From positions 1 through 36,130 of the forward strand of contig JBMTLP010000001.1 in assembly GCA_049433245.1 (NCBI GenBank): a stretch of DNA of 36,130 bases. The letters run 5' to 3'. Shown one piece after another: positions 1 to 12,832 of this stretch. The translations under genes and the position numbers were made by a program. The notes beneath the pieces are model-generated. The model was not told the origin of the DNA. It did not search any database and saw nothing but the letters and a program-made list of their open reading frames with translations. This DNA comes from Pirellulales bacterium (lineage in GTDB: Bacteria; Planctomycetota; Planctomycetia; Pirellulales; UBA1268). Position 1 is the stretch's first letter. Each line of letters starts with the position of its first letter.

Positions 1-96
1 GCGAAGGATCCCAGTTGGGCACGCCCGCGATCGGATAAGGCCCGGTCCGCAACATCCTCAAGACAGCAGTACAGGAATCGCTTTAGAATACGCAGC

Positions 97-1602
97 ATGA
101 CGAAGCGACTTTGGATCGACACCGTAGGCTGCCAGATGAACGTGCTCGATAGCGAGCTCGTGGTGGCGGCGCTCCGGCGGCAAGGCTGGCAGATGGCGAC
201 GAGTCCTGCCGACGCCGACGCGGTTTTCTACAACACCTGCAGCGTTCGCCAGCACGCGGAAGACAAGGTCTATTCCGCGTTGGGGAGGGTGCGAGCTGAG
301 AAGGCCAAACGCCCCGAACTCGTGGTGGGCGTGCTTGGCTGCATGGCGCAGAAAGATCAGGAACTCGTCCGCAAACGCGCTCCGTGGGTGGATCTCGTGG
401 TGGGGCCGGGGCAGCTGCATCGCGTTCCAGCGTTGATCGACGGCGTGCTCGCTGGCAGCGGGCCGATGATTGAGGTCAGCCTCGACCGTGCCGCGGGAAG
501 CCGCGAGAGCGTGGCTCGGAGTTTTGAAAGCTACGACCCCGACCGCGATCCAGAGATGCGGCCCACGCACTTTCAGGCGTTTGTCCGAACACAGACTGGC
601 TGCGACAAGTTTTGTGCGTTCTGCGTGGTACCTCGGGTGCGGGGGCCGGAGCAGGCTCGTCCGCCGGCGGCGATTCTTGCTGAGGCCAGAAAACTCGTTG
701 ATGAGGGATGTCGCGAGATCACGCTGATCGGCCAGACCGTAAACTCCTATCGTTGGACAGACGCAGGCCGCACCACGCGGCTGTCGGACCTGCTCGTTGA
801 TCTCGACGCGATTGATGGACTCGATCGCGTGCGTTTCGTGACCAACTACCCACGAGACATGACCGACGACTTGATTCACGCGGTCCGCGACCTTCCCAAG
901 GTGTGCCACTACCTGCATGTCCCCGCCCAGCACGGTTCAGACGACGTGCTCAAGCGGATGAAGCGTGGCTACACGATCGGCGAGTATCTCGAGATGCACT
1001 CGCGGCTGATGGAAGCCATCCCGCATGCCGCGGTGACGAGCGACTTCATCGTCGGGTTTTGCGGTGAGACCGACGAAGAGTTTGGGCTGATGCTCGACCT
1101 CGTGCAGACACTTCGCTTCAAGAACAGCTTCATTTTCAAATACAGCCCACGCCCTGGAACGAAGGCTTTTCAGCGGCAGCCCGACGATGTGCCCGAGGCC
1201 GTCAAGAAAGAACGGCACCGTCTGCTGCTTGAGGCCCAAACCGAAGCAAGCCTCTCGGGAAATGTGGAGATGGTCGGCAGCCGCCAGAAGGTGCTGGTGG
1301 AGGGCATCAGTCGCCGCGACGAGAAGCAACTCAGCCGCGAAGGAAACGACGGTTCGGCCGAAGAGAGCCTCCAACTCTCGGGGCGAACGATGTGTGACCG
1401 CATTGTGGTCTTCGACGCCCCTCAACGGCTGATCGGCAGGATCGTCGACGTCGATATCCTCGCGGCCGGCCCATGGGCCGTGTCGGGGACGTTGGCTCTG
1501 GAAGGGAGTCAGCAGGAGCAGGCTTTTGACGAGCCCGTGATGCACGCGATTGCGATGCCGACGCCGAGTGGAAAACAAGCCGGACATGCCAACCACGCCT
1601 GA
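97..1602 (+). CDS. miaB: tRNA (i6A37) methylthiotransferase MiaB (radical SAM + TRAM)
   Basis: 501-aa ORF. N-terminal MTTase motif 'IDTVGCQMNVLDSE', radical-SAM cysteine triad 'CDKFCAFCVVP', C-terminal TRAM-like 'GRIVDVDI'. ATG at 97. The stop overlaps the likely glnE start by 17 nt. Confidence 0.93.
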   Translation: MTKRLWIDTVGCQMNVLDSELVVAALRRQGWQMATSPADADAVFYNTCSVRQHAEDKVYSALGRVRAEKAKRPELVVGVLGCMAQKDQELVRKRAPWVDLVVGPGQLHRVPALIDGVLAGSGPMIEVSLDRAAGSRESVARSFESYDPDRDPEMRPTHFQAFVRTQTGCDKFCAFCVVPRVRGPEQARPPAAILAEARKLVDEGCREITLIGQTVNSYRWTDAGRTTRLSDLLVDLDAIDGLDRVRFVTNYPRDMTDDLIHAVRDLPKVCHYLHVPAQHGSDDVLKRMKRGYTIGEYLEMHSRLMEAIPHAAVTSDFIVGFCGETDEEFGLMLDLVQTLRFKNSFIFKYSPRPGTKAFQRQPDDVPEAVKKERHRLLLEAQTEASLSGNVEMVGSRQKVLVEGISRRDEKQLSREGNDGSAEESLQLSGRTMCDRIVVFDAPQRLIGRIVDVDILAAGPWAVSGTLALEGSQQEQAFDEPVMHAIAMPTPSGKQAGHANHA

Positions 1603-4600
1603 CGTACGCGGCCTTCTCGATGATCCCCGGCAGGCAGAGGCCTGGGGACAGGGGGTTGGCCTCGTTGATGCGGCTTCGGCATCGTCTGCCCTCATGGCGA
1701 TCGCCGAACTCGGGGTGCCGCTCGACCTGTTGGCGAGCCTCGTTGACCAGTTCGCGACCTTGCTGCCCACGCTCCCCGCCCCTGACGCGGCCCTGCGGTC
1801 CTTGAGCCAGTATCTGGGGGCTGTGCGGAGCCCCATCGCCGAAGCGGCATTGTTTCAGCGAGATCCAGTTTCGCTGGCGATTCTCATGAAGATTCTTGCG
1901 GCGAGCCCGTACCTGGCCTGGATCGTGATTGGTGATCCGGAGGCGTGGGAGGAAGTCCGGCTGGGCGAGGGAAGGCCGGTCAAGCGGGCGTCGGTGAGCA
2001 GCGAGATTGCCGCAGAGGTGGCGATGGTCACCGACGTGGATGCCGTGATGGCTGCCCTGCGACGCTTCAAGCGGCGAGAGATGCTCCGTATCGCTTACGG
2101 CGACATTGTCGTGGGGCAGCGGCTGGAAGTGGTGGTGGCCCAGATCTCCCACCTCGCGGATGCGGTCTTGTCGGCGGCTCTCGATGTGGCCTGGAGGCGG
2201 GTGGCCGTGCAGCGTGGTGAGCCACGTGACGCGCTGGGGCAGCCGGTGCGCTTGGCCGTGATAGCCCTCGGCAAACTCGGCGGTGTGGAGCTCAACTACT
2301 CCAGCGACATCGATCTCGTGTTTGTTTCCTCGGGAGACGGACGCACCACCGGTCCTCGTCCATCGACCAACGCCGAGTTTTTTGAGCGCGTCGTGCAAGA
2401 ACTTGTGCGACTGCTGGCTGAGCCGACGGGGCTGGGGATCGCCTACCGGGTGGACCTGCGGCTGCGGCCGATGGGGGCGTCGGGCCCCGTGGTGATGCCG
2501 ATCGACGCGATGCTCCAGTACTTCGACACCCAAGGGCGGACCTGGGAGCGGCAGGCGTGGATCAAGGCACGCGTTGCCGCAGGGGATGAACAACTCGGCG
2601 CTCGCCTGCTTGCGGATCTCGAGCCGTGGATCTACCGCCGCTGGCTCACGCGAGCAGACATCAGCGGAATCAAAGCCCTCAAACGACGCATCGAACAGCG
2701 GGCGATTCGTGAAGGGCACGATCAACGCGACGTCAAAGTCGGCCGCGGTGGTATTCGCGACGTGGAGACCACGATTCAGTTCCTGCAGTTGCTCAGTGGG
2801 GGCGACACGCCGCAAGTCCGTACCGGAAACACGCTCGAAGCGATTCGCCGGCTCGCCGAAACCGGTGCTCTGACCGACAAGGAACGCGAAGTACTCGAGA
2901 GGACCTACACCTTTCTCCGCACGGTCGAGCATCGCCTGCAGATCTTGTTCGATACGCAAACGCATACCCTGCCTGACAGCACCGTCGCGTTGGAGGAGCT
3001 TGCGGTGCGGCTGGGGCACGCTCCCGGAGCGACAGGCCTGGCTGCGTTTCAACGCGAGCTAGAAGAAGCCACTCGCCTCAACCGCACAATCCTCGATCAC
3101 CTGCTGCACGACGCCTTCCCGGGAGACGAAGACCCGGAGCCTGAAACCGACCTCGTGCTCGACCCCGATCCGGCGGAGTCGCGTGTGCAGGAACTGCTCG
3201 GCCGGCATGGGTTTCGCGACACTGCCGCCGCCGCTCGACACCTCGCGTCGCTCGGTGAGGAGAAGGTTCGCTTCCTCTCAACTCGCCGCTGCCGGCATTT
3301 TCTGGCTGCGATTGCCCCGCGGATGCTCGCGGCTATTGGAGCCACCCCAGATCCGGATGCGACGCTCGTCAACCTGGCGCGGGTCAGTGAGTCACTTGGT
3401 GGCAAGGGCGTGTTGTGGGAACTCTTTAGTTCGCACCCGCGGTCTCTCGACCTCTACGTGCGACTGTGCGCGTCGAGCCCGTATCTCTCGGGGTTGCTGA
3501 TTGGCAACCCAGGGATGATTGACGAACTGCTCGACAGCCTTCTCGTGGGGCGGCTTCCCACGCCTGCAGAACTCGATGCCCTCCTCGCAGAATGGTGCCG
3601 CGGAGCTGTCGACCCGGAGCCGATCCTGCATGCGTTCAAGGCATCACAGCAACTGCGGGTGGGCGTGGGCGACATCCTTGGGAAGCAGGATGTGACGGCG
3701 ACCACCCGCACCCTCACCGGCGTGGCGGAAGCCATTCTGAAGTGGCTCGTGGCTGACGAGGAGGCAAAACTCGTCGAACGGCTGGGTGAGCCAACGTGGC
3801 ACGACGCAGAGGGCGATACGGCGGGTGGGCGTGCTGCAGCGGTGGTGTTGGCGATGGGCAAGTTCGGTGGTCACGAGATGAACTATCACAGTGACGTCGA
3901 CCTGATCTTCCTCTACGACCACGATGGCAGCACTTGGCCCGCTCGGCGGACACGTCGGGCGCCCGAAACCACCACCAACGCACACTTCTTTGGCACGCTG
4001 GCCCAACGAGTCATGAAGTCGGCCAGCGCCTTCGGTCCCCACGGTCGCCTCTACGAGGTCGACTCTCGGCTGCGGCCAAGTGGCAAGAGTGGACCGGCGG
4101 CGATCTCGCTGGATGCCTTCGCGCAGTACTTCGCAGAGGACGGACCCGCAGCCGACTGGGAGCGTCAAGCTCTCACCAAGGCACGCGTCGTTGTGGGGTC
4201 TGTCGCTGCCAAGGAGCGTCTGCAGAAGATCATCGAGCAGGCCGCCTACGGGCACTCGTGGGGGCCTGCCGAAATCGAAGGCATCCGGCAGATGCGGCTG
4301 CGGATGCAGCAGGGGGCTGCCACATCCAACCTCAAACGTGGCCCGGGCGGCGTGGCCGACATCGAGTTTGTGGTCCAAATGCTGCAACTGGTCCATGGCG
4401 GGGCGAATCGCTCGCTGAGGACCACTGAAACCCTGGCAGGTCTCGTGGACCTGCATGCTGCGGACGTGCTCACCGACGACTCGTTTGAGTTTTTTGAGAC
4501 GGCGTACCGGGTGCTGCGGTCCATCGAGGGACGGCTGCGTCTGCTCAACGCCACCGCGCGACACGAGTTTCCCAAGTCGCCGGAAGAGCGGCAGAAACTT

Positions 4601-4717
4601 GCGCATCTCCTTGGCTATGAGCGGCCGGAGTTGCTCGAAGAAGATGTACGGCAACTGACGGTTCGCACGCGCGAGGAGTTTGAGGCGATTTTTGCGGAAC
4701 GCGGACGCTCGGAATGA
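1586..4717 (+). CDS. glnE: bifunctional glutamine synthetase adenylyltransferase/adenylyl-removing enzyme GlnE
   Basis: Two nucleotidyltransferase modules, 'GKLGGVELNYSSDIDLVFV' and 'GKFGGHEMNYHSDVDLIFL', each followed by 'YxVDxRLRP', which is the typical duplicated GlnE architecture. The ORF opens at 1550; I prefer the ATG at 1586 ('MPTTPDVRG'). Confidence 0.92.
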   Translation: MPTTPDVRGLLDDPRQAEAWGQGVGLVDAASASSALMAIAELGVPLDLLASLVDQFATLLPTLPAPDAALRSLSQYLGAVRSPIAEAALFQRDPVSLAILMKILAASPYLAWIVIGDPEAWEEVRLGEGRPVKRASVSSEIAAEVAMVTDVDAVMAALRRFKRREMLRIAYGDIVVGQRLEVVVAQISHLADAVLSAALDVAWRRVAVQRGEPRDALGQPVRLAVIALGKLGGVELNYSSDIDLVFVSSGDGRTTGPRPSTNAEFFERVVQELVRLLAEPTGLGIAYRVDLRLRPMGASGPVVMPIDAMLQYFDTQGRTWERQAWIKARVAAGDEQLGARLLADLEPWIYRRWLTRADISGIKALKRRIEQRAIREGHDQRDVKVGRGGIRDVETTIQFLQLLSGGDTPQVRTGNTLEAIRRLAETGALTDKEREVLERTYTFLRTVEHRLQILFDTQTHTLPDSTVALEELAVRLGHAPGATGLAAFQRELEEATRLNRTILDHLLHDAFPGDEDPEPETDLVLDPDPAESRVQELLGRHGFRDTAAAARHLASLGEEKVRFLSTRRCRHFLAAIAPRMLAAIGATPDPDATLVNLARVSESLGGKGVLWELFSSHPRSLDLYVRLCASSPYLSGLLIGNPGMIDELLDSLLVGRLPTPAELDALLAEWCRGAVDPEPILHAFKASQQLRVGVGDILGKQDVTATTRTLTGVAEAILKWLVADEEAKLVERLGEPTWHDAEGDTAGGRAAAVVLAMGKFGGHEMNYHSDVDLIFLYDHDGSTWPARRTRRAPETTTNAHFFGTLAQRVMKSASAFGPHGRLYEVDSRLRPSGKSGPAAISLDAFAQYFAEDGPAADWERQALTKARVVVGSVAAKERLQKIIEQAAYGHSWGPAEIEGIRQMRLRMQQGAATSNLKRGPGGVADIEFVVQMLQLVHGGANRSLRTTETLAGLVDLHAADVLTDDSFEFFETAYRVLRSIEGRLRLLNATARHEFPKSPEERQKLAHLLGYERPELLEEDVRQLTVRTREEFEAIFAERGRSE

Positions 4718-4759
4718 GCACCGGCTGCCTCCTCGCTGGGCGTTCTTCAGGCGGCTCGG

Positions 4760-5419
4760 TCAGTGGCCGGGGAGGTAGCGAATGGCGATGAAGCCCGCGA
4801 CGATCATGGCGCCGAGGAGCAGCGTGATCAGTTCGAGGTTGCGATTGAGGATTCGCTTGGCTTGGTCGCCGAAGACTCGCATCACACTTGCCACCAGAAA
4901 AAAGCGGAGGCCGCGGCCGGCGATGGATGCGAGCAAGAGGGTGGTCAGCGGCACCGAACACGCGCCGGCGGCGATGGTGAAGACTTTAAAGGGGATCGGC
5001 GTGAAGGCGGCGGCAAAGATTGCGATGCCAGCGTTCGCTTGATACTGCTGCTCCACGTAGGCAAAGTGGGCCTCTGTAAAGCCCGGGATCCAGTTGAAGA
5101 AGAAGCCCGACATTGCCTGCCACAGGCCCCAGCCGATTGCCCAGCCCAAGGCACCGCCCGCAACACTGGCGACGGTCGAGACGGCCGCGAAGAGGAACGC
5201 CCGCTGTGGTCGTGACACCGACAGCGCGATCTGGAGCACATCCGGCGGGATAGGAAAGAACGAACTCTCTGCAAACGAAATGCCTGCCAGCCCGAGGGTA
5301 CCGTACGGGGAGTCAGCCCAGGAGAGCACCCATAGGTAGAGCCGACGAAGCCAGCCGCGCGGGCCCTTGGGGATCGAGTGCTCGGGCGAAGTCTGCATGA
5401 CGTTTTTCCTGGGTCGCAT
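4760..5419 (-). CDS. YqaA/DedA-superfamily integral membrane protein
   Basis: 219 aa with multiple hydrophobic helices and the YqaA-type motif 'AESSFFPIPPDVLQIAL'. An alternative ATG lies 7 codons downstream. Confidence 0.72.
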   Translation of the reverse strand: MRPRKNVMQTSPEHSIPKGPRGWLRRLYLWVLSWADSPYGTLGLAGISFAESSFFPIPPDVLQIALSVSRPQRAFLFAAVSTVASVAGGALGWAIGWGLWQAMSGFFFNWIPGFTEAHFAYVEQQYQANAGIAIFAAAFTPIPFKVFTIAAGACSVPLTTLLLASIAGRGLRFFLVASVMRVFGDQAKRILNRNLELITLLLGAMIVAGFIAIRYLPGH

Positions 5420-5470
5420 GTGCCGACAGAGTGGAAGCCTGAAAGTGCGTGGTGCGGGAGCGGCGAGGGG

Positions 5471-6409
5471 CTAACGCGAAAGGGGTGTCACGTGCACGGC
5501 CACATCCATGCGGTGGTTACCGCCCCCCACGTAGACGCCCTTGATCGGGCAGACGTCGGCGTAATCACGTCCCCAACCGAGCGTGACATGCTGGCTCGCC
5601 GGCACACAGTCATTCGTGGGATCCAGATCAAGCCAGCCGGATTCTCCGCCCCACACCGACAGCCAGGCGTGCGAGGCATCGGCGCCGACGAGTTCTCGTT
5701 CACCGGGACTCCTCGTGTTGGCGATGTAGCCGCTCACGTAGCGGGCAGCCAGCCCCAGCGACCGCAGGCAAGCGATCTGCAGATGGGCGAAGTCTTGGCA
5801 CACGCCTCGTCGCAGCCGAAAGACTTCCTCGACCGGCGTGCTGATCGTGGTTGCCAGCGGATCGTAGACGAAGTCTTGGTAGATGCGGCGAGTGAGATCG
5901 ATCGCCGCTTCCACCCACGGTCGGCCGGGAGGAAACAGGTCGGCAGCCCACGCCGCCAGCGGCTCAAGTGTGCGGACGAGCGGCGACTCAAAGCAAAACT
6001 GCTTGGCATACATCGCTTCTGGCGTTTGAGATCGGTCGATCTCGTCGCGAAGCAACTCCCAGTTTCGCGCGGGGATGTGCTGCCACGCGATTGGGGGCAG
6101 CACCTCCACGCGACTGCTACTGGCAACCGTCAACTGATCGTGCGGCTCTTGCAGCGAGAAATAGCCGACGGTGTTGCCAAACGCATCCACGTGCGTGGAG
6201 AGCGAGGCGGGCTGTGGGGAAACGGTGACTGAGTTGGTCAGGACTCGTTGGTGAGCTAATCCGCGCGGAACGAGATGAATCTCGTTGTGGCAGACCGCGA
6301 CCGGCTCAGAGTAGGCGTACTGCGTCGTGTGTTCGACGAGATACGTCACCGGTGTGGGCTGGTGCGCTCGAGACGAAGAAGCGGTAGTGTCGATGCCGTT
6401 GGCACTCAT
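5471..6409 (-). CDS. transglutaminase-like cysteine protease family protein (Bact_transglu_N + transglutaminase core)
   Basis: 312 aa. Core Cys motif 'RRGVCQDFAHLQIACLRSLGLAARYVSGY', His 'DASHAWLSVW', Asp 'LDLDPTN'. The N-terminal half resembles the bacterial transglutaminase N-domain. Confidence 0.88.
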   Translation of the reverse strand: MSANGIDTTASSSRAHQPTPVTYLVEHTTQYAYSEPVAVCHNEIHLVPRGLAHQRVLTNSVTVSPQPASLSTHVDAFGNTVGYFSLQEPHDQLTVASSSRVEVLPPIAWQHIPARNWELLRDEIDRSQTPEAMYAKQFCFESPLVRTLEPLAAWAADLFPPGRPWVEAAIDLTRRIYQDFVYDPLATTISTPVEEVFRLRRGVCQDFAHLQIACLRSLGLAARYVSGYIANTRSPGERELVGADASHAWLSVWGGESGWLDLDPTNDCVPASQHVTLGWGRDYADVCPIKGVYVGGGNHRMDVAVHVTPLSR

Positions 6410-6459
6410 GAGACAGGTATCGTCTCAGCCACCCCAGGCTTCCGCAACGTCACCCTTGC

Positions 6460-7428
6460 TTACTTTTGGCTTGCGGCTCTGTTGGTGGCTTGCTGGGGAA
6501 TGTCGACGCCCACGGCATCGCTCCAGGCCGCGAGCAGTCGCGTGTAGATTGGTCCAGGCGTGCCATCACCAATAGGGCTGCCTTCGTACCGTGTGACCGG
6601 CAGGAGGCAGTTTGGGGTGCTCGTGAGAAGGACTTCGTCGGCGGAGGCCACATCGGCTGCCACCAGCCGCCGAGGTTCCCAGGCAAGATCGAGGGCCTCG
6701 GCCAACTCGCGGGTCGAGCGGAGGCTGACTCCCTCGAGGGCATGGATGGGCGTGGAAAGTACCCCCTTGCGTACCGTGATCACGTTGGCCGTTGAGGTCT
6801 CGCAGACCGTTCCGTCGAGTTCCTCCAGCAGGGCGCGGCTGCCCGGTTCGAGGGCCGCCGCCTCGCGGTCGGCGAGGTGGTAGTGCATCCGGCTACGGCA
6901 CTTGAGTTGCACCGGCCAGCAGGCGTCTGGAACCTGTCGGACCTGTACCCGGCGGAGCGACACACCTTCCGTGTACGACCGGTACCACAGCCGAAAGGCG
7001 AGCGGGAAACTGTGGATGGCCACGCGGGGCGTGCCGGGACGGCCCTCGTGTTGGGCCGCAAGGTCTCCCGGGGTGACGAAGATCGAGAGCCCGAGGTCGT
7101 CGTCGGCTGGTCTCCGTGCGGCGTTTTTCCGGGCGACCTCCGCGGCTGCATCGAGCACGCTGGCGATGGAGAGGCCCGCCGGCGTGGTGTCGCCGCCACA
7201 CGCTTCAGTGAGGTCGATGCCGGCGATTGCCAGCGACGCTTGCAGCCGAGTTCCGTGGGCATTCGGCTGATAAAGTCGGCCACGAAACGTGCGGAGTTGC
7301 TCGGTGACCGTGGCGCCCAACACGAACCCAGCATCGCCGACGGGAATCGAGAGGGCCGCGGCCGGCAAAAAATCGCCGTTGAGCCAGGCAATCGTTGATT
7401 CGGCTTCAGACACGGCGGTCCAAAACAA
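6460..7428 (-). CDS. class IV (fold type IV) PLP aminotransferase (branched-chain/D-amino-acid aminotransferase or ADC-lyase family)
   Basis: 322 aa. N-terminal 'WLNGDFLPAAALSIPVGDAGFVLGATVTEQLRTFRGRLY' is typical of this family. The start is TTG at 7428 or GTG at 7413, only 6-21 nt after the tRNA. Confidence 0.82.
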   Translation of the reverse strand: MFWTAVSEAESTIAWLNGDFLPAAALSIPVGDAGFVLGATVTEQLRTFRGRLYQPNAHGTRLQASLAIAGIDLTEACGGDTTPAGLSIASVLDAAAEVARKNAARRPADDDLGLSIFVTPGDLAAQHEGRPGTPRVAIHSFPLAFRLWYRSYTEGVSLRRVQVRQVPDACWPVQLKCRSRMHYHLADREAAALEPGSRALLEELDGTVCETSTANVITVRKGVLSTPIHALEGVSLRSTRELAEALDLAWEPRRLVAADVASADEVLLTSTPNCLLPVTRYEGSPIGDGTPGPIYTRLLAAWSDAVGVDIPQQATNRAASQK

Positions 7429-7434
7429 AAGAAG

Positions 7435-7507
7435 TGGAGGATAGGGGACTCGAACCCCTGACCTTCTGGCTGCCAGCCAGACGCTCTCCCAACTGAGCTA
7501 ATCCCCC
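7435..7507 (-). tRNA. tRNA-Ala (anticodon GGC)
   Basis: The reverse complement folds by hand into a 73-nt cloverleaf with a 7-bp acceptor stem including the Ala identity pair G3:U70. The D-arm is GCTC/GAGC and the anticodon stem TCTGG/CCAGA, with loop CTGGCAG (GGC). The T-arm is AGGGG/CCCCT with TTCGAGT, and the discriminator is A. CCA is not encoded. Confidence 0.96.
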
Positions 7508-7566
7508 GACGACGTTTTCTCGGAGGCGTCGGCAAGAGTTCCGTGGCGCCCCGTCACGTTTTCGGA

Positions 7567-7587
7567 AGTATCGTTGAGTTAGATACT
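7567..7587. promoter_or_regulatory. candidate back-to-back -10 hexamers (AGTATC N9 GATACT) in the tRNA/CDS divergent intergenic region
   Basis: This is the only AT-rich patch in 7508-7670. It reads GATACT on both strands: plus strand toward the 7671 gene, minus strand about 60 nt upstream of the tRNA 5' end. I saw no good -35 element. Confidence 0.2.
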
Positions 7588-7670
7588 CTAACCGGGAAAC
7601 TATCGGGCAGCCGTCGGCGTGTCAACGCAGCCCCTCCCGGAGGCCTCTCCAACTGCATTCGGATGACGTT

Positions 7671-8338
7671 GTGGCAGGGCAACCAAGCGGAAAACCAGCA
7701 CCAGCCAGCCCCCCGCCGGGCCTGCCGAGCGAAGGGGTGCGAGTGGCGGTGACGATCGCCCTGTGCGTCTACCTCCTCGGTTTTGTGCTCACGGTGGCCT
7801 GCAACTCAGGGAGCGGTTCCTCGACCCTGGCCCGCACCGTGAAAACCAAGATGTTTTCGCCGTGGATGGTGCCGCTATGGCTTGATCTCGGCTTTGATTA
7901 CCGGCTGACCTACGGGCAGTTCGACGACGCGGATCACGTGATCGAGGTGGCCCCTTGGGATGCAGCCGGGTCTGCAGCGGCTGTGCGGTTTCCCCAAGCC
8001 GGCTCGTCAGGAATCGCCGCCAACAGGTGGCGTGCCCTGGCGGTGGCCTTGGAGCCGGAGGCCTTGACGGAGGAAATGACGGGACTGCTGACCGCGTCCA
8101 TCGCCGAGAACCTGTTTGACGAAATAGGCGAGGAAGATCTTCGCGTTCGAACACTCCGGGCTCGCATGCCCGAGCGGCGTGAGGCCGAGGTCGTTGCGGA
8201 CGAGTCTCCTCTGGAGCAGGCGGCGGTTGCTCGCGTGCGGCGGGTGGCCGGAAGTGTGCAGCTGTTGCCGGTCGAGCAGCAGCGGGACGTTGCTCCACTC
8301 GTCACGCCTGCCGGGGAGAAACGCGAAGGAGATCGACC

Positions 8339-8342
<4 letters not shown>
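7671..8342 (+). CDS. hypothetical membrane-anchored protein
   Basis: 223-aa ORF with one N-terminal hydrophobic helix 'VAVTIALCVYLLGFVLTVA' and high GC3 from about 7737 onward. The real start may be the GTG at 7743, preceded by GAAGGGG. The stop overlaps the next gene as ATGA. I recognise no family. Confidence 0.5.
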
Positions 8343-11651
<3,309 letters not shown>

Positions 11652-11692
11652 GCGTCGACCTCCTGCTGCAAGCCTTCAAACAACGAGTGAGC

Positions 11693-12721
11693 CTAGGCCG
11701 CTGCGACGCGGCGGATCAGCTGCGACACCGCGTCGGTTACTCGTTCGACGTCGATGGCCAGCATCGACAGTGTGTCACGCTTGCGGTCCTTCCAGGCTGG
11801 CCTGAGCCCCGCTGGAGGTTCAACCGCAGAGTGTTGCGGACCGTAGGGGCCGTTGCGGGAGGCGGGGACCGGGCCGAAAAGCCCGACGCAGGGCGTGCCC
11901 ACGGCCGCTGCCAGGTGCAGGGGACCAGTGTCGCTGGAGATGAAGACGCGGGCTCGGGTCGCGACTTCGGCGAGCTCCGCCAGCGATGTCGAGGGAGCAA
12001 GGATGGCGTCCCCCTGCGACGCAGCCACGATTTTTTCGGCGGCTTCCCGTTCGCTCTGGCCTCCCCAGACGACGAGACTCACGAGCCCATGGCGGCGCCC
12101 GAGGTACCGGGCGACCGAAGCGAACCGCTCCGGAGGCCACAGTTTCGACGCCCAGCCAGCGCCGGGATTGATCACTGCCGGGGCGTCGGGGAGCGCGAGC
12201 GTTTTCCACCAGCCATCGACGGTTCGCCGCACTTCTAGCGGGCGGGGCATGGCGAAACTGGGAGTGCCGGCGGTGACGCCCAGCGGGCGAAGGAGTTCGA
12301 GGTGGCGGTCGACCACGTGGGCTGAGGTTGGGATCACGCGGTGTGTGGCAAACAGTGAGGCCCCTTCACGAGATTCCGGAGCCGCGTAGCCAATCCGCAT
12401 GCCGGCTCCCGAGAGCCAGCAGAGCACGCCGCTCTTGAGCAATCCCTGAGCATCGATCGACACGTCGGCCTGGAAGGCACGCACCTGCTTGCGAACGTTG
12501 AGCACCTGAGCGGCCGACGTGAGCCAGCGGCGGGGCAGGCCGATCACCCGGTCTACTGCGGGATGGCCCTGCAGCAACTCGCCGGCGCGACCTTCAACCG
12601 CCCAGGCAATCTCTGCCTCGGGCAGCGCTCGTCGCAGGGCAACAGCGGTGGGGAGGGTGTGGAGGACATCGCCGATCGCTGAGAGTTTGACAATCAGAAC
12701 GCGACGAGGATTGGCCGACAT
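11693..12721 (-). CDS. glycosyltransferase family 9 (LPS heptosyltransferase-like)
   Basis: 'RVLIVKLSAIGDVLHTLPTAVALRRALPEAEIAWAV' is the classic GT9 N-terminus, and 'FISSDTGPLHLAAAVGTPCVGLFGP' is the C-terminal motif. The ORF opens at 12772; the ATG at 12721 ('MSANPRRVLIV') fits family N-termini better. Confidence 0.85.
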   Translation of the reverse strand: MSANPRRVLIVKLSAIGDVLHTLPTAVALRRALPEAEIAWAVEGRAGELLQGHPAVDRVIGLPRRWLTSAAQVLNVRKQVRAFQADVSIDAQGLLKSGVLCWLSGAGMRIGYAAPESREGASLFATHRVIPTSAHVVDRHLELLRPLGVTAGTPSFAMPRPLEVRRTVDGWWKTLALPDAPAVINPGAGWASKLWPPERFASVARYLGRRHGLVSLVVWGGQSEREAAEKIVAASQGDAILAPSTSLAELAEVATRARVFISSDTGPLHLAAAVGTPCVGLFGPVPASRNGPYGPQHSAVEPPAGLRPAWKDRKRDTLSMLAIDVERVTDAVSQLIRRVAAA

Positions 12722-12832
12722 CGAACGCCTCAGACTACGACGGAGAACACGACGGAAGCAACGCTTCAGCATGCTGGAAGCAGGCCGCGGTCGACAAGGC
12801 CAGAATGTGAGTTTTCTGCGAGGAAACGAGGT

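Noticed and set aside
58-4654. Long ORFs antisense or out of frame to miaB and glnE (58..933, 937..1836, 1331..3052, 3644..4654), with similar cases elsewhere (5378..6232, 14457..15962, 17679..18455, 18272..19093, 22228..23139, 24705..25637, 28050..28940, 33110..34009)
   Set aside because: Each fully overlaps a gene with clear family motifs. Their translations are Arg/Pro/Ala/Gly-rich low-complexity strings with no motifs. Stop-poor alternative frames are expected in GC-rich DNA.
7435-7507. tRNA-Ala as an integration hotspot for a mobile element
   Set aside because: I noticed no duplicated copy of the tRNA 3' half elsewhere in the window. There is no integrase nearby, and both flanks are ordinary chromosomal genes.
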